Assembly (NCBI GenBank): GCA_030704615.1
Contig: CM060734.1
Location: 35,464,001-35,528,000 of the forward strand
From: Takakia lepidozioides
Taxonomy: Eukaryota; Plantae; Bryophyta
Length of the DNA stretch: 64,000 nucleotides
Direction of reading: 5' to 3'
Shown here: piece by piece, positions 38,531 through 50,450 of the stretch
Layout: each line of letters starts with the position of its first letter
How positions within the stretch are numbered: the first letter of the stretch is position 1
Translations under genes and position numbers: made by a program
The notes under the pieces: generated by a model
Told to the model about the DNA's origin: nothing
Database searches by the model: none
What the model saw: only the letters and a program-made list of their open reading frames with translations

Positions 38531-40990
38531 GAAAATATCATTTAAAAAATTTGAAGAATATTTTAATATTTTAATATTTACTTTGATTTGTTTTTTTTTG
38601 TTTTGTTTTTTTTTTCCCAAGAGGGACAGAGGCCCTATAGGGTAACATGTTTATCGTGTATAGGTGTTACTTGTTTCTTAAGTGATGCTTTGAGGGCCTA
38701 TGTGAGTAGTTAAGTTTCGCAAAGTTTTTAGTTTCTCAATTTTACTTTCACTGGAGAATATTCGAAAGGTATCTAGGGAATATCATTAATATTCGCTTGT
38801 GCTCGCGCATGCTCACGCGCTACCCAACCTCCCCAATGGCGAGGGATGAGGACAAAAGAATGCAAGAGAGAAACAAACATGGGGCAAACCAGGGAATGAA
38901 CCGAAGACACTATTGAGAGTTAATTGAGGCACCTGAGTGACATGACTGGGGAAATCGTCCCTTGTCGATTTGGCCCCACAGAGACAAAAAGCAAGACATG
39001 AAAAGAAATTATATGAGCAATATGCGAAGGTGTCAGGCACAACTTGAATGCGAAATGAAGTTGGTGAGGGCGAGCATTGCCCTAAGATGCAGAGAAAGAC
39101 CTGAAGCAATTTCAGCATAGCCTTGTTGCTCTCGAAGCATCATCTGTGAAATCATAAGAGGGTCTGAAAATACAACTTTCAGTGAATAAAATAAATTGAA
39201 AATAACGGAAATGTTCAATTTCAACTAATATATTGTATATCATTTGCCAAAGACAAAAATAAATCTGTCCCCTTTCGTTTAAATAGGGGAAAAAAAAAAC
39301 CCCCCTTTCTGAAATAACAAACTCATATATGCAGTAGTTTATAAAAAACATAAATATAAATATAAATCAAACCCAGCCCACTGAGACCGAAAATGGGTCT
39401 CACAATTTATTTGATTAGGCAAGCGCATCGCGACTCACGAGGTTGTGTGGGATGCAGTGGCTTCGGTGGCTTGCAATGAATGATTCCACTCTTCGACACA
39501 TGAACATTAATCTTCCATTCCTTCTTACTCGGTCAGATGTACTTTCAAGAGTAGCATTAACAAAGGGAGCAGCTTCTTTGGAGCTGCTAAGGGAAATGAA
39601 TGAGATTATCACGATCATCATTCCATGGACACATTCCTCCCATCAGCTGTTGAGATTTTTAATTGAATGTATGCATCGTCATTTAATTGATGATTTTCTT
39701 TACAAATGTGCTTACCGTACAACAAAAACGAAATGCAATACTGGAAGGCCCAACACGTCTTTTCTTGTAGCCGTCTTTAGGCATTGAGTTCTTATTGCTT
39801 TACAAAAGGCACAACCTATGTCTATTTTGCACCGGGAATAGGTGGCTGGGGCAACTTTATCTTGACTCTCCGCTCTTTTGATAAGTTTTTTAAAAAATAA
39901 ATAAATAAATAAATAAATTTCTTTGTCTATAGATGATGTTAGATCGATTTGATTTGCTTTTTGTCTTTACAATTTTCCTTTGTTTATTGATTACTTCTCT
40001 ATTTTAAGGTTCTTGATAACTCTTGTACGTTCACCTTTCTTTTTATTAAGCTTTACAAAGTTTTTCGACATTGTGTGACAAGATATGTTTTACGTGGGCT
40101 ATGCCAAGTAGCTTGAATTATGTTGCTATATAAAGGGTGGGCAATGCCACCAAGGACAGGGACCCCCTCATCACACTTGTGTGTAAAAGATGTTCAACAC
40201 AGACAATAGAGCAACCAACATTTTTTTGGCGAAGACGTTTTTTGTGTCGGTGTTGGATCGTTTGTTTTGCATTATTGTAAGATTGGCAGCCTGCTCAGCG
40301 CTATCCTGAGCGAGAATGGAGAGTCCAGATCCAATGACCTGTCTTCTGAATGTGCGGGAAACCTCACATCATGCTTTTCCCAGACCGTGGAGCTGAAATG
40401 CGTACCCAGCTTGGCGATGCCACGAGACCCCAGACTCTTGCGAATGATGGCTTCCCAGCCTCCAGAAATTCCGCAAAAAGATACACAGGTAACTGTATTC
40501 CTTCAATTTTTTTTAATGGGTCTCTAGAGTTTACACTGTGTACCTTTGATGAGCTATCTAGTGTCAGTCAGCAGAAACTCCACTCATGTTGGTAGAAGAA
40601 TTTCCCTTTAGGTTCACACACTGGAGTGTAATTGACACCCTTGGGAGAGAGATGGATACTTATTACATTGTCCTGAGGCAACATACAAGTGGTGCAAGCA
40701 TTTTGAGCTCAATCCTGGATGCAGATTGTTGGGTATCACAGACGTAACACACATAATTGTTGTGCAATTTAGAGCGACAATTGTCAGTTGCACTGAGATG
40801 AACAAAAGGCAGATACAGATGCACCAACTAATTGTTCCAACTTCCAAGCAAATGTAGAGCCTCCCAGGTCCAGTTGGGTTTTCTATCCACCAAGGTATGC
40901 AAAATCAGCTCACTAATGCCATAGGTCGCCCACAGCCAGCGACAACCTGGTTACAAGAAATTGGGTATACGTGTGAGGGAGGGTATAGAC

Positions 40991-42036
40991 CAGTGTTGGA
41001 CGGATATGTTACTGAGAACATGACCTACGGGCCGGACTTGTCAATATGAAAATCCATTATAAACCCGCCGGGTCCGGCTAGTGGGATATTAAGATTTTTG
41101 TTGTCCGACTGATATGCATAATCTATGCTCATTGTCGGATATGGATATAAAGGGTTTGTTATTATAGAAGCCCATTGGTCATGAATTTTATTTAAATAAA
41201 TAAATGTTAAGTGACTCCAACTTCTCTAACACATTTTGGGCCTCCCTCATTTCATTGGAAATCACCAATTGCTGAAGTACCTCATGATCTTTGCCCTTAT
41301 TTCGTTAACTATCACTAGTCATCACCAACCTGGGCCCACCTCTTCACATGCCCTCATTGTCCTCTGTCCACAAGCCCGCCCCGCCCCTCCAACACGGCCT
41401 ATGCAGGGCTTTTGGCGACCCTCCTGGAGTCCTAAGAGCCGGGTTCCATGGGCACTCCCAAACGCGGCCAGGACGGAATCGCCCCTTAAAAATGAGAGGG
41501 GGTGGTTCCATGGACACCTTCCATTCACCCCTCTAGAAATCTTGGCACCAATAACCATGTAGGCCCATGACATAGTATAAGTTTTGGATGAGGATGTCAA
41601 AAATCATTCCCTCTCCTAAAATCTAGTAACTTACTTTGGATGGAAATCAAGAGCACTTTGTAAGGCTGCGGGCCTGCTATAGGAAAGGACAGGTGTCAGT
41701 TAGGGGCACCATGAAACACTTGATTGCCCCCTTGTGAAGAGACGTCTTTTTTGCACGCCTTCTCAAGGGGTGATTCGGTGGGGGCGCCTCTTAGGGAATA
41801 TTCTATTTCGATCAATAGCGCCTAATTAATCTTGGGGGCGATTAGGGGGGGGTTTGCAGCTGCCCATGGAACCCGGCTCTAACCTGCCTATACAGGTCTT
41901 GGGGTGGCCCTAGGGAGAGCCAAACCCACCTAGGCAGGTCTTGCGCCGGGTAAAGGGTAGGGATGGGCCCGGCGGTCACGGCTGGATATACCCATGTACA
42001 TACCCAGCTCTGACCTATGTACCCGCCCAATTCCTG
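40991..42036. mobile_element. Non-autonomous hAT-type element 1 of a tandem pair
   Basis: CAGTGTTGGACGGATA ... TACCCGCCCAATTCCTG, flanked by GTATAGAC and GTATAGAG. Confidence 0.7.
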
Positions 42037-42044
42037 GTATAGAG

Positions 42045-43150
42045 CAGTGTTGGGCGGGTATATGAATTACCCTGATATACCCGCTGGGTATATCAGGGTA
42101 TATTGATATATATATACCCTGGTGTGGCAAGTTTAGGTACCCGGATGTATACCCTTATATCAGGGTATATTTTTATGATATACCTTTATCCTTATATTTA
42201 CCCCGCATCAAGATGCTCAATATACCCTACTTTCCTGAAAGGTATATGTTAAAATGAAGGGTATATCTAATCAGGGTATATAAGGGCCTTTATGTGCCTT
42301 CATAGCCTTTGTGTGCTAGGTCTTTTCTCTTTTTGTTGTGTTGGTAGGGAGCCTTGAGCTATAAGAAAGCTCCAATCACAGCTAAAACAGATGCTACATA
42401 TATATCATTCCTAAAATGTCATATAACCCAAACAATACCTCTTCAGATCTCGCATATATATATATATATATATAAAAGGAAACCTGACAGCCCACAATTT
42501 AGGTCCTTGAGGGGGGGATTTTTAATAAATAAATAAAAAATAAAATAAAAAAATAAACCTTGGAGCGACAGCCCACAATTCAGGCCCTTGAGGAGGGGGA
42601 AAGATTAACCCCCTTTCATTTATGGGCCATGAGACCTACAGGACGATCAACGCCAGCACGAACAATCCCACACACGGGGCAGGGTAGCGGGTTCGAACCC
42701 GAACCACCAGAGCGACACACACTGTGTACTTACCAGCTGAGCTACCGGCCGATGTGTTTTTTTTTAAATCTCAAACCTCCTCCATCTTGCATTGGAAATT
42801 AACACCAAAACATTATGCAATATCTTATCAATTTTCTCTTAGATTGTTTTTTTTTGTGTGTTTTGTACATATTGAAGAACATCATATATTCCTTGAAACC
42901 ATTAGGTTATATATCAATTGAAATAACTATCCATACCCGGAAACTATTCATACCCTCAAGGTATATTTTGGCATATATATCCATACCCGGGGGTTATATA
43001 GAAATCTGAAAAGTTAATTTATCCATACCCGGAGGGTGAATATTTTTTTGAGATTTCAATTTATCCATACCCAGAGGGTAAATGGTTTGACAAAAATAAT
43101 TTATTTATACCCTAAGGGTATATTGAAATCAATATACCCGCACAACACTG
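42045..43150. mobile_element. Non-autonomous hAT-type element 2 of a tandem pair
   Basis: TIRs CAGTGTTGGGCGGGTAT / ATACCCGCACAACACTG; many ATACCC subterminal repeats; flanked by GTATAGAG and GTATAGAC. Confidence 0.85.
42555..42750 (-). mobile_element. tRNA-derived SINE family 3, nested in the hAT element
   Basis: Box A TAGCTCAGCTGG and box B GGTTCGAACCC on the minus strand; 3' tail shared with SINE family 1. Confidence 0.75.
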
Positions 43151-43436
43151 GTATAGACATATACTATACTTATTGAGCACTGCTGACTATAATACTGATG
43201 TGATTGCCAGACAAAAATAAATAAATAAATTGCGAGACATATCAAGCGGAAACCCATTCATTGACCACCCACCATAGGCTCAAAATCTGGGTGGACTTGA
43301 TGGATGGTGTGCCACAATTTCAAGATGAACGATTTCATCCCGTCGTCTAAAGGCAATGAAAATTTGTTACTTTTGATAAAAGGCAACAAAATTCCCCAAT
43401 TCCCAACGGTGGCATTTTCGTGAGATTTAACCTAGT

Positions 43437-43665
43437 CCAACAGCCAGCTCAGTTGGATATGCGTTGAGTGCCACCCAGATGATTGTGGGGTCAAATCCTG
43501 CTACCTTGATGTGGTATGTTCTTCTCCCCATTCCCTTGGGCGGTGTCCCATGCGAAAGCCTTCACGGCGAGGTTAATGTGAAAGAGTTTATATTCTCCTC
43601 TCACTATAATTAAGGGGCCAGGTGTTTCCCTCAAGGAAAAGAAAAAGAAAAAGAAAGAGAAAAAA
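43437..43665 (+). mobile_element. SINE family 1, second copy
   Basis: Collinear with 15907-16145; A-rich tail. Confidence 0.7.
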
Positions 43666-45111
43666 AAGATCTAATCCAGTACATGAGCTAGGTGGCCATG
43701 CAATGTCCAGCCGCTCCTCATTTGGACATATGTTTAGGATCTGCAGTGATTTTTCATATTTTTCAAAATGTCAAACATGATCATTAGGCATTTGAGGGAA
43801 GTTAAGAGGATGGTTATAACTATTTTCTACCACATTCTGTTATTCTCTGATTATAGATGAAATGCTTATTTTCAATCACCTATGACTCAATGGTAAAAAT
43901 GAAATGTACACCACACTTGCAAAAGAGAACCTAGACTTAGGAAGTAGCTGATAAATGGCTGAACTGCAAAATTATTAGGGGTGCTAAATGGTCGAGTTGC
44001 TTATAAGATGTATTATGAGCCTCTTCCAATATAAATAGGTGGTAATTTTGCTTTTATAAATGAATAAATTAGTATTTAGGTGGCTCAAACTAATAATTCA
44101 AATAAATTCATTAAACAAACATATATATTAATTCTTGGGTAATATGTTTGCAAACAGAAATACAAGTTGTAGACGAACATAGGTTACTGCTGCGTCAATA
44201 GGGTCACTTACATTGTCTATGGCGAAAGCCCACCACTGAAAAAGGGCAAACCAGCATGGGGAAGAGGCTCTTATTTACGCTAGCTGGCATCATATATATA
44301 TATATACATCTATGATGAATGTGTTAATATTTTTATTTCTTAAAATCAATAGAAAAATTTAGTTAATTATATGATTAAAAAAAATAAATCCTTATAATGC
44401 AATGAGATATACAATTAAGAAAATGATAATAGTTGAATAATATTTTTAATATTATGATATAATAATGGCAGCATTTCGTCAGCTTGGTCAGAGACTCGGA
44501 ATGATAAAGATCACTCAAATATCATATCACATCTACTTGAGTTTATGGAGAGTTTCATTGGGGCTTAAGAAAAAACATTAACAAAATTTGTTTTTATTGG
44601 ATGGATATCTTATGCAAAGAAGTCAGTGTAGTACTATGCTCACGTAAGCAACAACAGTTTTTCAAAAACAATATATTCCAAGATACAGTTTTTCAAGATA
44701 TTCCTAGAATATTAGATGGAATATCATTTTTACTTTCAATTATCCTCAATAAAGCTCTCAAGGGCCTTTAAAAAAATTAAAAAAAGAAAAACAATTCCTC
44801 ACTTGAGATGCGAGTCGCAACTCACATGCTACCTAATCAAGCACTCTTCATGGCGAAGGAAAATGGGTAAATGTAATAACATTTTGTGCTTTTAACCTAT
44901 GAGATCATGTAATACAACAGAAAGCTCTTAAGATAACACAACTTTTCTTAGTTGAAAGCTAAACGAGATTCCGACTTTATCTGCTATTAAAAGTGGATAG
45001 AAGTAGAGGATGTCAATGTCAGCCTATGGCACACCTTGTTCCTATCATGACTCATTCATATCTCATTAATATCTTTTCTACCTGAGATGGTAACCAAAAA
45101 ACAAAAGAAAA

Positions 45112-45365
45112 AATACCATTGGAAAGCGCTTAATGTGGCCCATCTTTTTGTAGTTGGAGCAATTTTCATTAGAGGACATCTACCTATAGCATTTTATAGG
45201 TAAAACAAGTGGGCCCATCATGGCCCACAAGATATATTGCTCGTTTGGTACCTTGGACTTAAACCATTTTAACCATTTTAGGAAATAAAGATACCATTGG
45301 AAAGCTCTTGATGAGCCCTAGCATTTTGTAGGTGGAACAATTTTCAGTAAAGTTCATCTACCTAG
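45112..45365 (+). repeat. Imperfect direct repeats (ATACCATTGGAAAGC...AATTTTCA), probably transposon subterminal
   Basis: Copies start at ~45113 and ~45291; related GAAAGCTCTT at ~44920. Confidence 0.55.
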
Positions 45366-46668
45366 GGTAATTTGAGTGTAAAGTGATTTCATGAATGGTG
45401 TATTGTAGTTCATTCCTCTTTGGGTAAGCTTTCTGGCCTATCATGGCGCACCCCACCCTGACACGTTCCAAAACTGGGCATACTTTCTTGCACCATGGGC
45501 ACACTTTGAGCGCCACTATGGGGCACATGCGCAGTGATCAGTGCTTCTACCCTAATGAGTGGGACTTGGCAATGCGGTTGCCGGAACCGTCCCAAAGATT
45601 CAAAAATTCCCACATACCCACACAAAAACTTTTTTTTGTAGTGGGGATGGGATGGCTATGATATTGGATAAACCACAACCATTTGTAAGACAATCTTGTG
45701 ACATAACGATTGGGCCATTTGTAAAATGCTTGTGGATCATTATTATAGCTAAACCTAGATACGTAATTGTTATAACATTTTTAAAGAAAATTGACTCATG
45801 TTGAAGCAGAGTGGTTACCCAAACCTCTCCCAGATTCTTGATCCCACATGAAGGTTGACCCACCCACCACCCACCACCCACCACCCACTTTTATAGTTGG
45901 ATTTGTTGGCATATGTGACATCAGAAACCAACACATACCAAGTGGTTATGGCGTGGTCGTGAGTTCAAAGCCACATAGGCGCGTATGCTGGATGTCACCA
46001 TTATGGCCAAACCAGCTATGAAAACGGAGTAACCGGATCAACTGGTTAGTTAATATGTGGGTAACTGAGGACTTTTGAGTCCCTAGAAGAGGTTTGAGCA
46101 ACCTTGTTGCCCCATTACTGCCTTTAGAAGGTGTCCACCTTCCACATGGAAGACAGTAACGTTTTGGGGTGAGGTGGCAAGAGTCTTCCTTCCTTCTAAT
46201 GACATCCGACATACATTTATGTGGGGCTTTGAACCCACTCTTATCTATAAAATGACTTTGTACCCGAAATCACATGGTCATGTCAACTTACATGGTCTAA
46301 TGCACTTAACATTCTTAGCTTTATGTGGAGTCACGAACATACATATAGATTCTAGTGACAACTAAAGGTCCAAGACTAGTTTTAGTATAGAGCAGGAATA
46401 GGGTGCCACATCATTGTCATCAATTGTTTTTAAGCTGCCCAAAATAAAAGTGAATTTTGAAGATCTTTTTTGCAAATCTGCTCTAATAACGCTTTCTCCT
46501 TTTCTTCACCAACGTCTTGTCGGCATTTTTTCATCTGCTCGGGAAACAAATAAAAAGAAAAAGAAAAAGAAAAAGAAATCAAAATTTTAATTTGTTTTTG
46601 CGAATGTGCTCTAGTATAATTTATTATTATTATTCTTCACACATTCATTGTAATGTTACAACACTTCT

Positions 46669-46806
46669 AGATATTAATTATGATAAATCCACCAAGCAGA
46701 AATCAACGGTATGCCCATTTTGAAACCTCACAAGTTTAGATATTAATTATGATAAAACCACCAAACAGAAATCAATGGTATGCCCATTTTGAAACCTCAC
46801 AAGTTT
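46669..46806 (+). repeat. 69-bp tandem duplication
   Basis: 46669-46737 versus 46738-46806, near identical. Confidence 0.9.
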
Positions 46807-49179
46807 AATTACTTGGTTTTGTGGTAAGCACATTTAAATTGATTAATATACTACTGTAGTATATATATATTATAAACATGAATAGCAATAGCTAATGAAA
46901 TGTCAAAAAATTTAATGTTAAATTTTTGTCTCTTGTCTATATTTTGGATAATTAAAATATTGATCCATTAAATTATTATAATTACACATTAACCAACTCT
47001 ATAATAGATATTAGATGTATGTACATCTATTTAGTCTCTATCTTTAAATATTTTAAATCTACTTGTTGAGATTTTGATTTAAGAAAATCTTTATAGAATC
47101 CACCCTTGATAGGAGCAGTAGCCATAAAATGCAGTGGCTCTTAATTACATCAGCTCTAACCCCAACGTTGCCTAAATCCCGCAAAAGTATGGTCAGATTG
47201 TACTCCTCAATTAAGTTTTTGTATAATTTGAATATTGACTAGTAGTGTGGATCTATACCATAGTAGTTATAGATATACTTTGATGAGTTGATGATAACCA
47301 AGTTTTAGCCAAGCGGTAATAGGCACAACCTCCGAAGTCGTTGTGTGTGAGTGTGGGTTCAATCCACCGACTAGTATCACAAAGGTCTCCACGTTCCAAT
47401 GGAAGCAGTATGAGGTGTCATACTATACTATGCTTGACTTGTTTATCAAATTAATTGGTATTATTACAAAGATCCTACTTCTATTTTTGCAAAACTGACA
47501 CTGTAAAGAAACAAGTGTCACCATAAGTGCGCTTCCCTATAGTACGGAAGTTGACCTATAATATCGTTAACGGCTCGTTGTTGGTTAAACTAGTACGGTG
47601 CATATGAGATGTAAAGATAAAAGATAAAAGACTCCGATCGAATCCAACACAAATAAAAAAATACATATGCCTTTAGGGCACACAGCCACCCTACAAGTGG
47701 TTGTGGTTCAAAGCCACATATACCGTACCTACCTATGCTGTCCGACATTAAATAATTCATAAATTCTTGTAACGATTTTTTCCTAAAAGTCACCAAATCA
47801 CGCCGAAATCTTCAAAAATCTCGCCGAAAATCTTGAAAATTTGTGCCTTGGATGCCGAAGTCAACGCAATTAGTGAGAAGCATGTGAATACATAAAACAA
47901 ACCGCATGAATTTTCCTCCCTCAACTCATCGACCATGTCCGTGAGCTTTTCTACAGTGGTCATGGTCTCTATGAGTTCCAGAGCCCAGCGCCCGACGGGC
48001 AGAAAGATTCGTCTTTCTCATCATAGTCTAGCTCTCACAGATCCCTACAACCTGAAACCTTTATTCAAAACTTTTGGGATGTCTCCTTTTTTTTCTCCTT
48101 AGCAGGAAGATAAATGCGGTGGCATGTGGTGAAGATGGCAATGACAGGCGCTATACAGAAAGCAAGTCACGCGCATATTCCGAGTTCTTACAATCCTGCA
48201 AATCCCCGAGTCCACGGCTATTGATCTTCCTTATGGCCCATTGTAGGATCCAGTTCTATGCAGTGTGACAGTTGGAATCTCGCGGTTTGAGCAATGCTCT
48301 CTGTGTGTCCAATTGCTCTACTACCCTTTCTTTGGTGATGCAGGAGTGATCAATAGAGATGCTGGCGATGCTGGGGAAGAGGATGACATCCAGACCGTTA
48401 GACATAGAAAAACGTTATACATCAGTACGGGCCGGAACCTATTGTTCTACGATGCTGGCCCTATCGAACTCCCCTGATAGAATTCCTACTTCATGTTTTT
48501 CTCTTGGGGTGATATGCATTATCATTACATGTAAAGATAGACAATCTTACAACCTTAGGACATCTGGCTTTCACTGGTTGCGCACTGCGTGCTAAAGGGT
48601 GTATGCAGAAGAAGTTGGATGTTGTGATCCTTCAAGTTGAAGAAAGTCTCGTGGAACAGGTGCTGGTCTTTGCTGCCTCCAATGACTAGAATATCGAGAC
48701 CTTAGCAATACATTTGTTCACTGGTATCTAAGTAGAATTATAGGGGACATTTCTTAACACAATGTTCCAAGTTCTGGAGTCAGGTCTATCCAGTCTAATG
48801 GTTCAGAACAATATGGCCTGAACACAACTTTTATATGATATGTCTTGTCCCATTTGTATGACCCAACCCCCCTTTCCATAGAGCTCACTACAATTGTGAG
48901 CATGTAAGGAGATCTCCAGACCAGGCATCCTGAGCAATTTAATTTTGTATACTTGACAGATTTTGAATGCTCTTATTTTTGTATTGGAAAGTCAACTCGA
49001 GATTGTCATATAAAGACTGTTTTATAGAGGTGACTTTCACTTGCTTCATGAATATGTAATGGGTTGTGGAGGCATATGCCTCTGGATATGGATAATTTAA
49101 ACCCTTACACATTTTCCCATAGGCAATTTCATCATTCACTTATTATCATGATTCACTTTCAAGTTGTCATTTTATTGTT

Positions 49180-50450
49180 GAGCAGGTCCATAGATTGAAC
49201 TTTTTTTTGAAGGCATGTTTGAAAGGTCTGTAGCATTATCTAGGGATAATTTCACTTCATCAAATCTCTGGATTTTTGGCTCTTGTGAACAGACCAATAA
49301 TCGATCAACCACACCATTTTCTAGTCTGTTGGTAAGTCAAGCTCTTTGATTTTGGATGCATAGTATGGTAGTAGAATCTGATCTACAAATTGCTTGTAGG
49401 TGTCCAAAGTAGACCAATCGCTCGTCGTGAGAGTGAAATGAAAACCTACAGCTTGATATTGTTGTCGTCCCAGACTATTGGGTGAAAGTGCACGAGCTGT
49501 TGTGTCTTTCAAGATCCCATGTAGTGGTAGGGTTGTCGCAAAAGCTGAAGAAGATACCACTACAGTAATTTACCTTTTGTCCTGATCCATACCTATGACA
49601 TGAATATGCTTAGCGCCATTGGTTTCTCAAGTGTGTTCACCACCTGAAGACACAAGATGTATCCTTGTTTAATCTTTATCGACCACTAACTGAGGTGGAA
49701 TATTTGACGAGGTAAGCTATTCGATGTGCCAATAGTGTCCCTTATTCCTCCCAGTCTTTTGATCTGCTGTTGTGGTTGACATTCGGTAGGACCAGTTGAG
49801 GTAAGTCCACAAGAGTTGTTGTAAGAGGGACAACCAGCATGTAGCCCAGTGGTAATGGGCACATACCACGTTGGATGTGGTTGTGGGTTCAAACCACGGT
49901 CTAGTGTGTCATGAAGGTGTCCACTTTCCTAGTGGAAGGCAGTAGCCCTTCGGGGTGAAGTGACTCCATAAGTTACGCTTCCTTCGGGAGGCGTCATACT
50001 TTGCTGTAAGAGGTTGGCCTTTTGCTTTTATGCTCTTGAGGGCAATCCCTCTTTCTATGGCTTGTCTGAATTTCTTTGTCAACACTCCTTGTGGTCTAAA
50101 GTATTCTGCCAATGATCCTCTGCCCAACTTGTCATATGGGCCATAAACTTCTGTAGGATTTATGTGAAAAGCCTTGAGGTAACGCAAAGTTGCACTCAAG
50201 CTATGATGTCTTTTTATAGCTGCGTAGATAAGAGACTAGAGATGAAAAGCAAACTAGGTGGTGTATTTTGCTCTTGTTTTTTATGTCTTGAATGATCTTG
50301 AAGAACTTGCCATTTCATCTTCTTCTTGCTTGATTTGCTTGGTGAACAATGTTGCTTTAATATCAGTCCTCGGTCGTCCAACTAGCCGCTTCAAAATCTT
50401 TGAATTTTTTTTCTCCAAAGCCTTCATACGAATCTGCTATCCAATAACCT
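49180..50450 (-). pseudogene. pogo/Tc1-mariner-like (DDE_1) transposase relic interrupted by a SINE
   Basis: D*TRIHLVSSGGEHT..NGAKHIHVIG...KR*ITVVVSSSA; WSTLDTYKQFV..IL.PY; VWLIDYWSVHKS. Confidence 0.65.
49829..50000 (+). mobile_element. tRNA-derived SINE family 2 (reference copy); related copies at ~45950-46195, 47295-47425, 47675-47720, 50870-51060 and 51306-51475
   Basis: Box A TAGCCCAGTGG, box B GGTTCAAACC; 13-bp TSD TTGTTGTAAGAGG / TTGCTGTAAGAGG at 49816-28 and 50001-13. Confidence 0.85.

Noticed and set aside
42680-42750. Possible tRNA gene on the minus strand
   Set aside because: No proper acceptor or anticodon stems, and it continues into a SINE tail.
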